Source: the human T2T-CHM13v2.0 reference genome, Homo sapiens. Taken from it: a stretch of DNA of 64,000 bases. The stretch lies in the NCBI RefSeq assembly GCF_009914755.1, contig NC_060940.1. One strand, 5' to 3'. The notes below the pieces were generated by a model. That model did no database searches. It was not told where the DNA came from and saw nothing but the letters and a program-made list of their open reading frames with translations. The position numbers and the translations under genes are program-made. Of this stretch, positions 23,904 to 37,509 are shown piece after piece (the stretch's first letter is position 1; every line of letters begins with the position of its first letter).

Positions 23904-24358
23904 TGTGGTGGATTGAATGGTGTCCCCCACCCCCAAAGATACATTCATTTCCTGACCCCTGGAACTAGTGAATATATGACCTTATGAGAAAAAGGTCTTT
24001 TCAGATATCATTAAGGATCTCTCAGTAAGATTGGCCTGGATTTAGGGTGGTGTCTAAATTCAATAACAGGCATACTTACAAGAAAAAGGCAGGGAAAGAC
24101 TTATGACACAAAGGAAGAAAGGTGACTTGAAGACAGAGACAGAGATTGGAGTGGTGAGTCTACAAGCCAAGGAACATGGAGAAGAGCCTGCAGTCACCAG
24201 AAGCCAGGAGAGAGGCATGGGACAGATTCTCCCTCAGGGTTTGCAGAGGAGCAAACCCTGGCAACACCTCGATTTTGGGCCTCTGGCCTCCAGAACTGTT
24301 AGTTTTAAGCCACCAAGTTTGTGGTAGTTTGTTTTGGCTGCCCTAAGAAATCAATACA
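23904..24358 (+). mobile_element. MLT1C-like MaLR LTR
   Basis: tgtggtggattgaatggtgtcccc...aagccaccaagtttgtggtagtttgtt...aataca; TSD atgaa/aagaa. Confidence 0.88.
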
Positions 24359-25489
24359 AAGAATGAATGAATTAGCAAATAAATCTGAATGTCTGGGAAT
24401 GAGTAAGAAGAACCCAAGGTGAGAAAGGAAGTGTAGGGAGGAGTTTTTGAAAAGAAGTTTTGCGATCTGTCTGCACAACTCAACTCAAATAGAATCTCTG
24501 CTCCCGGGTTGGGCCCTGAGCCTGGGACTAATAAGGAGATGACTGCAGCTCTACGACAAAGGCAAGCATTGGGCTGCCTTCAAGTATCCGGGCTGTAAGG
24601 AGCCCAGGATGAGGTTTTGGTGAGTATGTGAGAGAGAGACAGATGGGTATAAAATGGAAAAGCTGACTTGGGTTTCTGTACCTCAGGTCTGGAAGACACT
24701 CAGGTTGGGCTGTCTCATGGAATATGATGGGGGAATCCATATCCAGGCAGAGAACTCTAAGAAACTCCAATCTAGACGTGGGAATCTCTTGAATCTTCAG
24801 AAGGAACTCTTGAATGGAATGTAATTTTGGCTAAATTTGAGTAACAATATCCACATGGAGGGGAAAATACTACAGGATAAGGAAAGGGGAGGAAAAGGAA
24901 AGACATGAATACCTGCATCTCAGTTTGTTAAAAAATGAGAACACCACAAGAGCCCTGGAGAGCATCGGGGACCTGCATCACTGGCCTTTGCTCCGTACTC
25001 TGCACCACTTCTTTTCCCATGACCTCATCAGCTGAGGTTATGGGGTAAAAAATGGGCTGGGAAGGACAAGAATCAGTGAGCTAACACTCATGTACAACCT
25101 CAAACACTTGCTTAAAAGATAAATGCACACTCATGGGCATACAGACACACCCTACCACAGTGGGGCTGAAGGAACAAGTTTATGGAGATACGTTCACAAG
25201 CATTGCAGTTTTGATGTGAAATTCTCGGTACTTTCTGAGGTTCATAGCGTTTCTGATAAGAACCTCTGCTGCTCTGCAGAGTGTCTCTTGTTATCGCTTT
25301 CCAGTCCTGAAAAAGGTCTTGGAATTCTCTGACTCCAGTTACCTTTCCCAAAAGGAACACTAAAAGGGATAAAGTAATAAAAAATGATTACGTGTTTCTA
25401 CATCTTCAGTGATAAGGTGGCTGAAATGTGATAAAACGACCATGGATTTTCTCTCTGAAAATGACATTTCTAGATGTAGTGCCTTTCCT

Positions 25490-25710
25490 ACCTGCCCTGT
25501 TTGAAACAGCAAGCTAATCACACTTCACCCAGATTTAATTTTCTCTCTGTGTTCATTAACTACCTAATATTATGTCTATTTGTTTATGGTCTGTCTCCCG
25601 ACAAAATATAAACTCTACAAAAGCAAGGACCTTATCTATCTTGTTCATATCTCTGAAATAGTACCTGGTACATAGTAGGTATTCGTTAAATATCTGTTTA
25701 ATGAAGAAGT
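25490..25710 (+). mobile_element. L2 3' end
   Basis: tttgtttatggtctgtctccc...gtacctggtacatagtaggtattc...tgtttaatgaa. Confidence 0.75.
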
Positions 25711-25748
25711 TAACATTAAGTTAGTTCCAGTTAACTAGATGACACTGA

Positions 25749-26378
<630 letters not shown>

Positions 26379-27059
26379 TTATTTGCTTTGTGAAATTGTA
26401 CTATGTAAAGGTGAGAAGTTACCCTCCGCAAGATTGCAATGTACATAAATAATGATAGTGCTCAGGGAAACTACAAGGCCACGTCGAGTTATAAACAAAG
26501 GACTATTGAGAGAGCACAGAAAAAAAATCATGAAGGCTTTATGAATTTGAGCACTACCCATTAATAGAGACGAGACTCAGACAAAAAACTCCAGCACACA
26601 GTGGGCTTGCAGTGGCATGGGCCCTGTTTGAAACGCCCATCATCTGAGAAGCAGACTTCCTGACACCATGGCCTTGGATTAGTAAGTTGTATTTTGTGGA
26701 ACTTGGCTTCTTCATCTGTAAATTAAACAACTTCTGCCTAGATGATCATGAAATCTTCTGTCCATGACAACACTGGGTGGGGAGAACTGTAAAAAATGGA
26801 GCAGGGTTTGGGTATGAATTCCTTCCAAAGTCTGAGGCATGAACAACAAGAGGACATTAAATCAGTAAGAGTTATATGACCCATAACCAAGCCGTCTGCT
26901 CTCAAGATCTGGCTACCAGGATGTTCTTCATAGAGTTAATTACAATAAAGAGAAAATGGAAAAACAAACTGGAAACTGTTAAGAGTTTATTTTGAACTAA
27001 CTCCAGACTAGCAGTGGGTTTTTCTTTCACCTGCTTTGTACCTGGTATCTTAACTCGGC

Positions 27060-27760
27060 ACTGAAAACTGTCCTCTATTATCTGATTATTTTCTCATTCC
27101 CATTGTCTCTTTTCTCTTGGAAGGACTCCTAGGAGTTGGAGATTGGGCCCAAGTACGTATATTAATACTCTGTCTTTCAAACGTTCTCCCATGTTTTCTC
27201 TACATCTTTGGCTTTCCATACTGAGAGACGTAATGTATCTCTTCTAAATGTTAAAGAACAGTTCTTTCATTATGGAAATAATAGTTTTAATTTAGAGCAG
27301 GAGTTCTCAATCTTGGCAATATTGACATTTTAGGACACATAATTCTTTGTTTTGGGGGCTGTCCTGTGCATTGTAGGATGTTGAGCAGCATCCCCGGCAT
27401 CTGCCCACTATGCCATTTGCACCCCCAACCCCACTGGTCACAGCCAAAAGTGTCTTCTAGACATTGTTAAAAGTCCACTGGGGAACACAACTGCCTCCTG
27501 TTTAGAAACATTAATTAAAAAAACTCTATTTTTGAGTTCTTCTCTTTCATTGCAGCTTGTCCTTTTAAAAAATGGCCAGAATCACTAATACAATTAGGCT
27601 TTGCTAAAATCCTCTTTTGTTCCTTGATTAACTTCTGTCTTCCAGAGTCAATGTTCTGTTTGTTCATCTTGGTCCTCCTTTAGAATTGATTTCCCTCACA
27701 TGTCTGGTGGTCTGGACTGTCTGTATATATTCATAAATACAGGTTTTAACAATTAACATA
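27060..27760 (-). mobile_element. Ancient L1ME/HAL1-like remnant
   Basis: T-rich antisense sequence including ttccctcacatgtctggtggtctggactgtctg. Weak match. Confidence 0.35.
27298..27513. mobile_element. MER20
   Basis: ttctcaatcttggcaatattgacatttt...ggctgtcctgtgcattgtaggatgttgagcagcatccc. Confidence 0.9.
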
Positions 27761-28239
27761 GGTCACTGAGGTAAGCTTCTGTTTCCTTTGAGTGGGCTCC
27801 ATGCCCCCAACAAACTTCTTCCTTGAATAAGGGGATAGACCAGGAACTGAGTTTCTAGCTGGGGCCTATGAACAAGCTGGCTTCACTTTAGGATGGACCA
27901 GTCCAGAGCAAGTGAACAGACTGACTGCTCCCCTCCCCAAATGTCTGATTATAGTGTGCTTCACCATGGGCTCCTGGCACCCCATACCATATCACAGCCA
28001 CACACAAAAAAGTCCTAGAGAGGTCTCCCAATACTCACCCTGATTCCTGCATCTCTTCCAACCCTCACCCTTTGTAATCTTCTGAACCAAAGGCAGATAC
28101 ATTCTGAGACTCTGGGAAAGAGTAATTCTCAAATTTAATCTTGTCATTGCTGCCTTGCCCTCAGGGTGTTCCCAGCCCCTTCCTCCAAAGGTCTTTCAAT
28201 AGGTGATTGATTAAACAAAACATTTTACATTTACGCCAA

Positions 28240-28810
28240 GGAATACTACACAGCAATAAAAAAGAGCAAATATTGATGTGCTTAACAACTTGGATGGATT
28301 TCAAGGGAAATGTGTTGACTGAAAAAAGCTAATGGCAAAAGTTTACACACTGGATGATCCCATTGACATAACGTTCTTGAAATGACAAAATCATAGGTGG
28401 AGAACAGATAAGTGGTTGCCAGGAGTTAGGGATGGGGGGTGACATAGGGTGTGTGTGACTGTAATGGGTAGCACAAGGGAGATCTTCATGGTGACGAAAT
28501 ATTAATAGTCCTGTGTCTCGACTGTGGTGGTGGTTATACAAATACACACGTACATGTAATAAAACCAAATGTCTACACACACATACCCAAGTGCACATAA
28601 ATCAGGTAAAACTGATGGCTGAAGTTCTGTGATGGTACCAACGTCAATTTCTTGCCTTTGATATTGTAGTAGAGTGATACAAGATGTGACCGTTGAAGAA
28701 TGCTGGGTGAAAGGCGACTGCCTTCATGGAACCCGTATGGACTCCGTGTATATTTTTTGGGTAATTTCCTATGACTCAGTAATTATTTCAAAATAAAAAT
28801 GTTTAAAAAG
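28240..28810 (+). mobile_element. L1MC/MD 3' end
   Basis: ggaatactacacagcaataaaaaag...gaacagataagtggttgccagg...tttcaaaataaaaa. Confidence 0.85.
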
Positions 28811-28824
28811 TGAAGTCACTATGA

Positions 28825-29300
<476 letters not shown>

Positions 29301-29825
29301 CATACATTTCTTTCGAATTAAGAGAAGCATGAGGTCTTAAATCACAGTTTCAATTAAAAGCCCAATTTATAAAGAACAAGATTTCTTTAAAAGTAATCTA
29401 CATTTAGTGATATGTTATTCAAATATTACCTATTCCCTTATGAATTCTAAATACTTTCCTTGAAATAAAGTAGGAAGCATTAAACATGTATAGGCTTCTT
29501 GTATGTCAGTCTTACCTCAAAAAAGCAGTTAAAATATTAAATAATACCACCATTGAGTAAACATACACACACATACAAAGAGGGTATTATATCAGAAGTC
29601 TACATAGTAGGATCATGCTGACTAATTATACTGCAAAATTTTCCCATATTACTAAGCATGTCAGCACAAGTCGGATCTGTGCCCTTGACTTTTGCTGATA
29701 ATGTTCTGAAGAAGCATTCACATTGCAATAGTTGCTGCATATGCTATGGACGTCTTTTAAAGGAATTTTCCCATAGATTACTCAATATCTCCTCTGTGAT
29801 ATCACTTCATAAATTTCCTTTAGAG

Positions 29826-30001
29826 CAGTGGTTCTCAAATCATGGTCCATAGACCAGCAGCATCAGTATCACCAGGGAATGTGCCAGAAATACAAATTCC
29901 CAGGCTACAATGATTCAGACACTCTACGGATAGGACCTAGAAATCTGTTTTAATAGGTCCTCTAGGAGACTACCAGGCAAACTGGAGTTTGAAAACTACA
30001 A
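29826..30001. mobile_element. MER5A (hAT-Charlie)
   Basis: cagtggttctcaaa...gaccagcagcatcagtatcacc...agtttgaaaactac. Confidence 0.85.
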
Positions 30002-30089
30002 CTTTAAGACATAGTCATGGGTTCTCTATTTTGGAAGTGGCTACAATAGAGAAACTTTTTTTTTAATGACTTAAAATACAAGAAAAGAA

Positions 30090-30395
30090 TGTGGTGGCTC
30101 ACACCTGTAATCCCAGCACTTTGGAAGGCTGAAGAGGGTGGACATTTGAGCTCAGAGACCAGCCTGGGAGTTCGAGACCAGCCTGGGAACCATGACAAAA
30201 CCATGTCTCTAGAAAAAAAATACAAAAATTAGCCAGGCATGGTGGCATGCATCTGTAGTCCCAGTTACTCAACAGGCTGAGGTGGGAGGCTTGAGTCCAA
30301 GAAGTGGAGGCTGCAGTGAGCCAACATCTTGCCACTGTACTCCAGCCTGGGTGACAGAGCGAGACTCTGTCTCAATTAAAAATAAGAAGAAAAAA
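30090..30395 (+). mobile_element. AluJ with internal duplication
   Basis: Both arms; gagaccagcctggga occurs twice (30155 and 30174). Confidence 0.95.
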
Positions 30396-31671
30396 TATGT
30401 AGTGATGGGGGAAAATCCCTGATAAAAGTATTTTTATTCTAATTTTCTGCTACTGGGAGCTTTGTGAATTTTAAATTCTTTTTTGGGTCAGGGGAGGTAG
30501 GATGCTCAGAGCCAAATTGGAAGCTCAGTCACAGTAAATATATTAACCCAGAGAGTTAGCATATGGATTTCCTCCTCCTTTCCTTGCCCCCATTTCTTAT
30601 TTTTATTTTATTGGATTTTGTTCCTTTGGGAAAAGTATAAAGTTATAAATATAGTCAATAAATTTTGAAACTGCTTAACAGTGGCAATGTGCTTTTGTAT
30701 GCTGCCACATGTTCTGAGTATGAAATACAGATCATGATGACCATGCAGATGTTACCAGATATTAAATTGTTTCGCAAATAGATTACAGAGCATGAAAATC
30801 CAAATACTGCCTAGAGAAAATATTTTCACGTGTAATTCCCAGGGATATTCTTACAAAATAGAATTGTTATTGCCTTTTTGTTTAAATGTAAGAGGAAGGA
30901 TTTGGGCTTAGATTTATTATATTAGTATATTAACCACCACTATTGTTCTTTTGGCTTCTTGCCTTTGGGTGATGTTTTCTTGTGGAGAATTATTTTCTGT
31001 TTCCATCATCTTGAAATAATGTGTATTTCAATTGTCTTTTTCTTTTCCCTGAGCCAACAGACCAATAAAATTCCCATTTGAAAAGATTCTTCTAAAATAT
31101 TATACATAACGAACAAAACACTAGGACTGCTGTTAAGTTTCACTATTCCCATGAATGTGTCAGATCTGGGGGTGTTTTTTCTGTGATACATTCTCATGTA
31201 CCATTTAAAACAATATGGTCAAAAAATACTCTCTTAAAAATTAAATGAATAACCACAACCATCATCAATAATCAATAAATGTTTCTTGAGCAACGTTTCA
31301 GTTGTTTCCTTTTTTAAGTCTGAACTTTGGAGGACAGAAAAAGTGTGTATCACATGCACTGAAGACTGACTAGCATAGACTGATTATGTTTCCATTGGAA
31401 CCTACTGTTGCAGACTCCTTCCAATCTGCCTGACTCATTCCTGGAGGCCTGATCTAATCATGCTCTAGGGCCTGGTCGCAACCAGGCCTTTGACAACTTC
31501 TGGGTCCTGTTCTGAAACAGGCAACCACATCAAACCTTCAAGCTGTTGTCCACCTACTTCCAAGCATGATCACCTCTTAGAATTTGCTGCTGCTCCAACC
31601 CCCAATAAGACAGAGCCCCTGGGCATCACTACAGGAACACTCCAGAGTTCTTACCCTTGGAACCCACGCTG

Positions 31672-32146
31672 TGTATTAGTTTCTCAGGGCTGCCATAACA
31701 AATCACCACAAACATAGTGGCTTAAAATAACACAAATTTATTGCAGTTCTGGAGTTCTAACATCAGACTCGCTGGACAAAAATCAAGGTACTGGCAGGGC
31801 TGCAATTCTTTTTGGAGGCCCTAAGGGAGGATCTGTTTCCTTACCTACTCTAGATTTACAGGCTGCCCACATTCCTTAGCTCTTGACCTCCTGGCATCTC
31901 CGAGGCCAGCAATGGCTAGGGGAGAACTTCTAACATCACCTCACCTGGACACTGACTCTTCTCCTGCTTCCACTTTTAAAGATTCTTGTGATTATATTGG
32001 CCCACTTGTATCATCCATTTATATTAAGTGTTACTGATTAGCAACCTTAATTCCATCTGCAGCCTTAATTTCTCCTTGCCATGTCACATGTTGATGGAGT
32101 AAAATATTAATATCTTTGGGAGGTAGACATTGTTATGTCTACCGTA
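31672..32146 (-). mobile_element. MLT1D/C-like MaLR LTR
   Basis: tgtattagtttctcagggctgccataacaaatcaccacaaac...gcaaccttaattcc. Confidence 0.85.
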
Positions 32147-32195
32147 ACCAGTCAGCCAGTCAGTGGATAAATGAGTAACTAACAAACTAGTGGAC

Positions 32196-32614
32196 TGATG
32201 TGGTTTGGATGTTTGTCTGCTCCAAATCTTATGTTGAAATGTGATTCCCAGCGTTGGAGGTGGGGCCTGGTGGGAGGTGATTGGATCATGGGGTCAGATC
32301 CCTCATGAATGGTTTAGCACCACCCGCTTGGTAATAATTGAGTTCTTGCTCAGTTAGTTTACCTGCGATCTGGTTGTTTAAAAGTCTGAGACCTTTCCCC
32401 ACATGCTCTCTTGCTCCTCCTCTTACCATGTGACACGCTGGTTCCCCGTTGCCTTCTATCATGATTGTAAGCTTCCTGAGGGCTCACAGAAGCAGATGCT
32501 GGTGCCATGCTTCTTGTGCAGCCTGCAGAATTGTGAGCCAATTAAACCGCTTTTCTTCATAAATTACTCGGTCTCAGGTATTTCTTTATAGTAACTCAAG
32601 AATGACCTAATACA
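32196..32614 (+). mobile_element. MSTA-like MaLR LTR
   Basis: tgatgtggtttggatg...ctaataca; perfect 5-bp TSD tggac. Confidence 0.93.
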
Positions 32615-32974
32615 TGGACTGACCAATGAGTGACTAGCTCTCGGTGATGAACGTTCAGTTCCTCTGAAACAGCCTGTTTACGGGACAGCCATGGCTAGGC
32701 AGAGTCAAAGCTCAGTCCTACCACTTACTCCTTCAACCCTCTGAGCTTCACCTGTCTTGTCTCTGGCATGACCATAGTAATTCATATTTCACTGGGTGAC
32801 TATAAACCTTACAAGAGAAAACATGCCAGTGTCTGGAAAACGACAAGTTAATCAAAAGTGTCAAAAGAATAAAAATATGAACCTATATGCCAAGGTACTA
32901 AGGACAGCGTCCTAGAGCTGAAAATATCTTAACAGTCATTAAATGGAAAATAAGGAGCTGAGGTTCAGAGAGGG

Positions 32975-33388
32975 TGTCTTAGTCCATTTATGTTACTACA
33001 AAGCAATACTTGAGGTTGGGTAATTTTTTTATAAAAGAGGTTTTATTTGGCTCACGGTTATGTAGACTATACAAGAAGCATGAGACCACCATCTGCTTCT
33101 GGTGAAGCCTCAAGCTACTTCCACTTATGGTGGAAGGCAAGGGGAGCCAGCATCCCATGATGAGAGAGAAAGGAGGAGGAGGAGGAAGGTGCCAGGCTTG
33201 TTTTAATCATTGGTTATCACGGGAACTAACGGAACAAGAAATCACTCATCTTGAGGACAGCACAATACAACGTCATTCATGAGGGATCTGCCTTCATCAC
33301 ACAAATACTTCCCATTAGGACCCACCTTCAACATTGGAGGTCACATTTCAACATAAGATTTGGGTGATGCAAACATCCAAATATAGCA
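32975..33388 (-). mobile_element. MSTB-like MaLR LTR
   Basis: tgtcttagtcca...caaacatccaaatatagca; TSD gaggg/gaggc; sits within a MIR. Confidence 0.9.
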
Positions 33389-35249
33389 GAGGCGAAACAG
33401 TGTCATTCAGCGTATGGCAGAAATAAGATTCAACATCAATGCTAGATGAGAAGCCATGAGACCTCTCTCCTTAATACCTACCACTCGGCCATTTATCAGG
33501 ACAGGGATGCCAACCAACAGTGTCCAGTGTCTAGCAGATGACAGGTGTGTGCCGAATCCCAGAGCACCTCCTTAAGGACCTTTCTGTTTCTGGCACGTGG
33601 GAGCTACTTTCCTTATGCAGACTTCCAACTATTTTTTAAAAATAGTATTTCAGCAAAGTTTTAGTGATATTGGAATTATATTCACCATGGATATGAGGCA
33701 AGATACAAAATTGTATATTCATCCTAGCAATAATTACATAGAAATAAACATTTCTGTTTGACTTGACATAAATGTAAACAATGTTAACAGTTCTTATTTT
33801 TATGTCATATATGAGTGCCTTTTATTTCCTTTTATATTTTCTAGATTTTCTAAGTGAGCAAAACTTCTATAATAAGGTAAAGTAAAAATGATTATTTTTA
33901 AAAATAACGATCATGAGAAAGATGGCATTTTAATCAATTATTTTTTATGACCCCAGATTTCTAGAATCTGGATATTCAAAACTAGTATTTCCTTTGTAGT
34001 CTCAAAAATATTATTCCCAGCTATGCTTTTCCTATTTCTAGTGGATTGCTGCCTTATCCTACAAACTCTAGCATTAACTACCTCAGTAAGCATGTGTATG
34101 GACCACTTAAAACTGAAATGTCACCATCCGCGAAAACAGTAAGTCAAGATGTGTGACTACGTACACATCTCATAGCAATTATCATCAGCATTATCTAACT
34201 AATGCTTGCCAGCTTTATATACTAATGTTTGCCAGCTTTATATACTACATTCATTATTCAGGCAATCTCCTTTGTAACATCATTTCATATCCAATGAAGA
34301 AATATGTTCAGAGGCTGTAACTCTAAGTAGGGACACAAGTCAAGTCTCTCCTAATCCATTTTTCCCCTCATTGCAATTAGTTTAACCTCTTTCTGAGCAT
34401 GTTCTTAATATAGGCTTTTACCATAAGCCATTTTTCATGTGTCCTAGTTTTTCATCACTGAATTCTTGAGTAACACCACAGACATTAAAATGATAACATA
34501 TCATGTTTAAATTATGGTTAAGTTCAAGGGGGAAATAACATGCTCCGTCTCGAGTTAGAATGAAGGAAAATGATTGCAGATCACGACTATCATTTTCATA
34601 ATATTTGGACTTGTTTCTGACTGTCACACATGGACTAATGGAGTTACATTTTGAAAGTCAGTCTTGAGCCTTCACAGGTCATGGTGCGCACACTCAGGGA
34701 AGGGGGAGAGCAAATTTTCTCAAAGCCAAGGCCTTAACAATTCACTAAGATGGCAAATCATGTCCCTGTTACAAAAAGATCTCAAAGCCCCTGAATAAAA
34801 ATGGGAAGAAACAGTTTTACTTTAAAGTGACTATGAACTAAAAATCCATCTCATAAAAATAAAATTCATCCCTACCTGATTTCCAAAGGGATACTCCCAA
34901 CAAATTAGACTTATGAGATGGTCAGGGTTTATTATTAATAATAGAACACTTCTAGGAGTCTCATAATTGATTCACCTGACCTTCTACATTATGTCTCTGA
35001 GATTCAGCAATTTCCCAGTACTGCCCCTGTCAGGCCAGCTTGTTTTCCTGAATCCTACATCAGTTGACTCTCTCAACTATACGGCACTGACCACTACCTC
35101 TTTATGTAGCTGCAGTGCCTAAAACATCCTGACACATAGAAAGATCATCAGCTGTCAGGACTTAGAATTTGCTGATGTTACCAGTGCACTCATGACTTCT
35201 AAAATCTCTTGTCTCCACTTTGATAATAATTGTTTTATTAACAGATAAC

Positions 35250-35472
35250 ACTCATTGAGTGCTTTCTATGTACCAGGTGTTTTTACTTGAATGATCTCGT
35301 TTAACTCCCATAACAACCATATGAGGTAGGTTTCAGTTATTAAACTCTCCGAGCCTCAGTATTCTCAACTGTAAAATGAGCATGTGCAAAATTGCAAAGT
35401 TCACACAGCAGGTAAATACAAGGTCTAGGAATCACACCTAGGAATTTTTAACCCCAGAGTGTATGCTCCTTA
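35250..35472 (-). mobile_element. MIR with internally inverted core
   Basis: Flanks are antisense MIR; 35335-35380 is sense MIR core. Confidence 0.8.
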
Positions 35473-35598
35473 ACACGGCCCTGTTTGCCTAACCTTGCTA
35501 TCAAAATTTCCAAGGTCAACCTCATCCATTCATGCCATTCTTCAAGTTCATTGAAGAAGAACTTGTCTTCTTCAATAGTTCATCTTATTGCAAAGAAA

Positions 35599-35600
35599 GT

Positions 35601-35632
<32 letters not shown>
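35599..35632. repeat. (TG)n microsatellite
   Basis: About 16 units with one interruption. Confidence 0.95.
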
Positions 35633-36869
35633 AATGTATGCGAATTATTTTAGAATTACTGAACATTTACAAAAGTAGTAATAGAGATTCAATAGATCCT
35701 TCATCCAACTTCCCTAAGGACCACGCATTTTTTAAAATACTGTCTTCATTCTTCAGATCATCACTGTTGAGCTGAAATCAGTGAAACCACGGCATAACAA
35801 GGATACAGCCACAAAAACCAACTAATATTTGAACAGTGCCTTGCATGGATGACATGACCACTCCCTCAGTGGAGGAGGCTCTCAGCTGGCCATTTCACAC
35901 ATTATCTGTTATTATTCATGAGTCCCTCTGTGCATAGCACAGACACTGACTTTGTAGATCTGCACGTGTTTACATAATGGATCAGAGACTCTTAACTTTG
36001 TTGGGTCCTTGACCAATTTAAAGAAGTATCCTACTTCCTAGAAAATGCAGAGAAAAATAATCCTATATATTTTAGGTAGTTTGCAGACCTCAGGGTACCT
36101 CTTTAAGTTCAGCCTCATCTGTTTTATTTTTTTAAAGCTAACAATTACAGTCTGACCTGCTAACCTCCCTATCTTTTCCCTCAATCTTCATAAAGCTCCT
36201 CCATATCACTAACTCTGGGGAGGCTGCCAAAGAATTGCAGAATCACTCCTTCTAAGACATGGCTTCAACCATTGAACTGTTGTTGGTTTGGGGCTGCGGA
36301 AATGGCCATTTGCCAAAGAATACATGTAACTGCCACCAGGACAATCTCAGCATGCAGTAAGGACAGTGAGTCTACTTCTCCCACCACGTGGAATGCATGA
36401 CTTCAGGGATTTCCTGACAACATGGGCAGCCCACCTGGCTACTAAGCCACAGACTTGCCGAAGGTCAATCCACTTATCCATGCAGACCCCGGTGACTACT
36501 CACAAATTCGCATTTATGAGACTAATGTTCTGTCCAAGCTAAACATTCTAAATTAAATATTGCTGTCTTCTTTCTTGATAAACTGGAAGTCTGAACTTCT
36601 CAGGTCAATATTCTACTAGAGGATCAGGTGGTGATTATGGAAATTGCAACACCTAAAAACGGTCTTAAAAGAGAATCAAGGGACAGTTGGACTCTGAGTG
36701 CTGCCAGACCAAGCAAGTGAGCACTTTTTCAAAGAACACAAAACCAAAATGTTTATTGCATTTTCAAATATCAATGGGTTCAAAAATATATTGGGCAATT
36801 TCCAATAATACCCACATTTGAAAACAAAATTAGTCTATCCTCAGCATGATGAGGAGAACCCAGGTTTTA

Positions 36870-37040
36870 AAATTCAAAAAATAAACCTGAGTTTGGATGT
36901 GCCACTTACCCAGCTATATGACTTTGTTTAGCTAAATGGGGAAATAATACATACGAAAAAGGACTATTATGAGGATAAAATGTGGCAGTGTGCATAAAGT
37001 TATTTGCACCAAGGACTAACTCAATAAATCTTAGTTCTCT
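36870..37040 (+). mobile_element. MIR
   Basis: gccacttacccagctatatgacttt...tgaggataaaatg...tcaataaatcttag. Confidence 0.65.
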
Positions 37041-37077
37041 CTCCATTAAAATTCTTTCCAGAACTTCCAGGTACCTA

Positions 37078-37418
<341 letters not shown>

Positions 37419-37509
37419 GTAAGGGACTTAAGTAATTAAGGGTACAGATCCCTGTATGCCTGCCAGGGAATCATAAGCCAAGAATGAATATTTAAACTGA
37501 TTGGGACCA

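Noticed and set aside
24490-24625. Possible exon ending at TTG|GTGAGT (24620)
   Set aside because: The upstream acceptor is weak, with no polypyrimidine tract. Isolated donor matches are common by chance.
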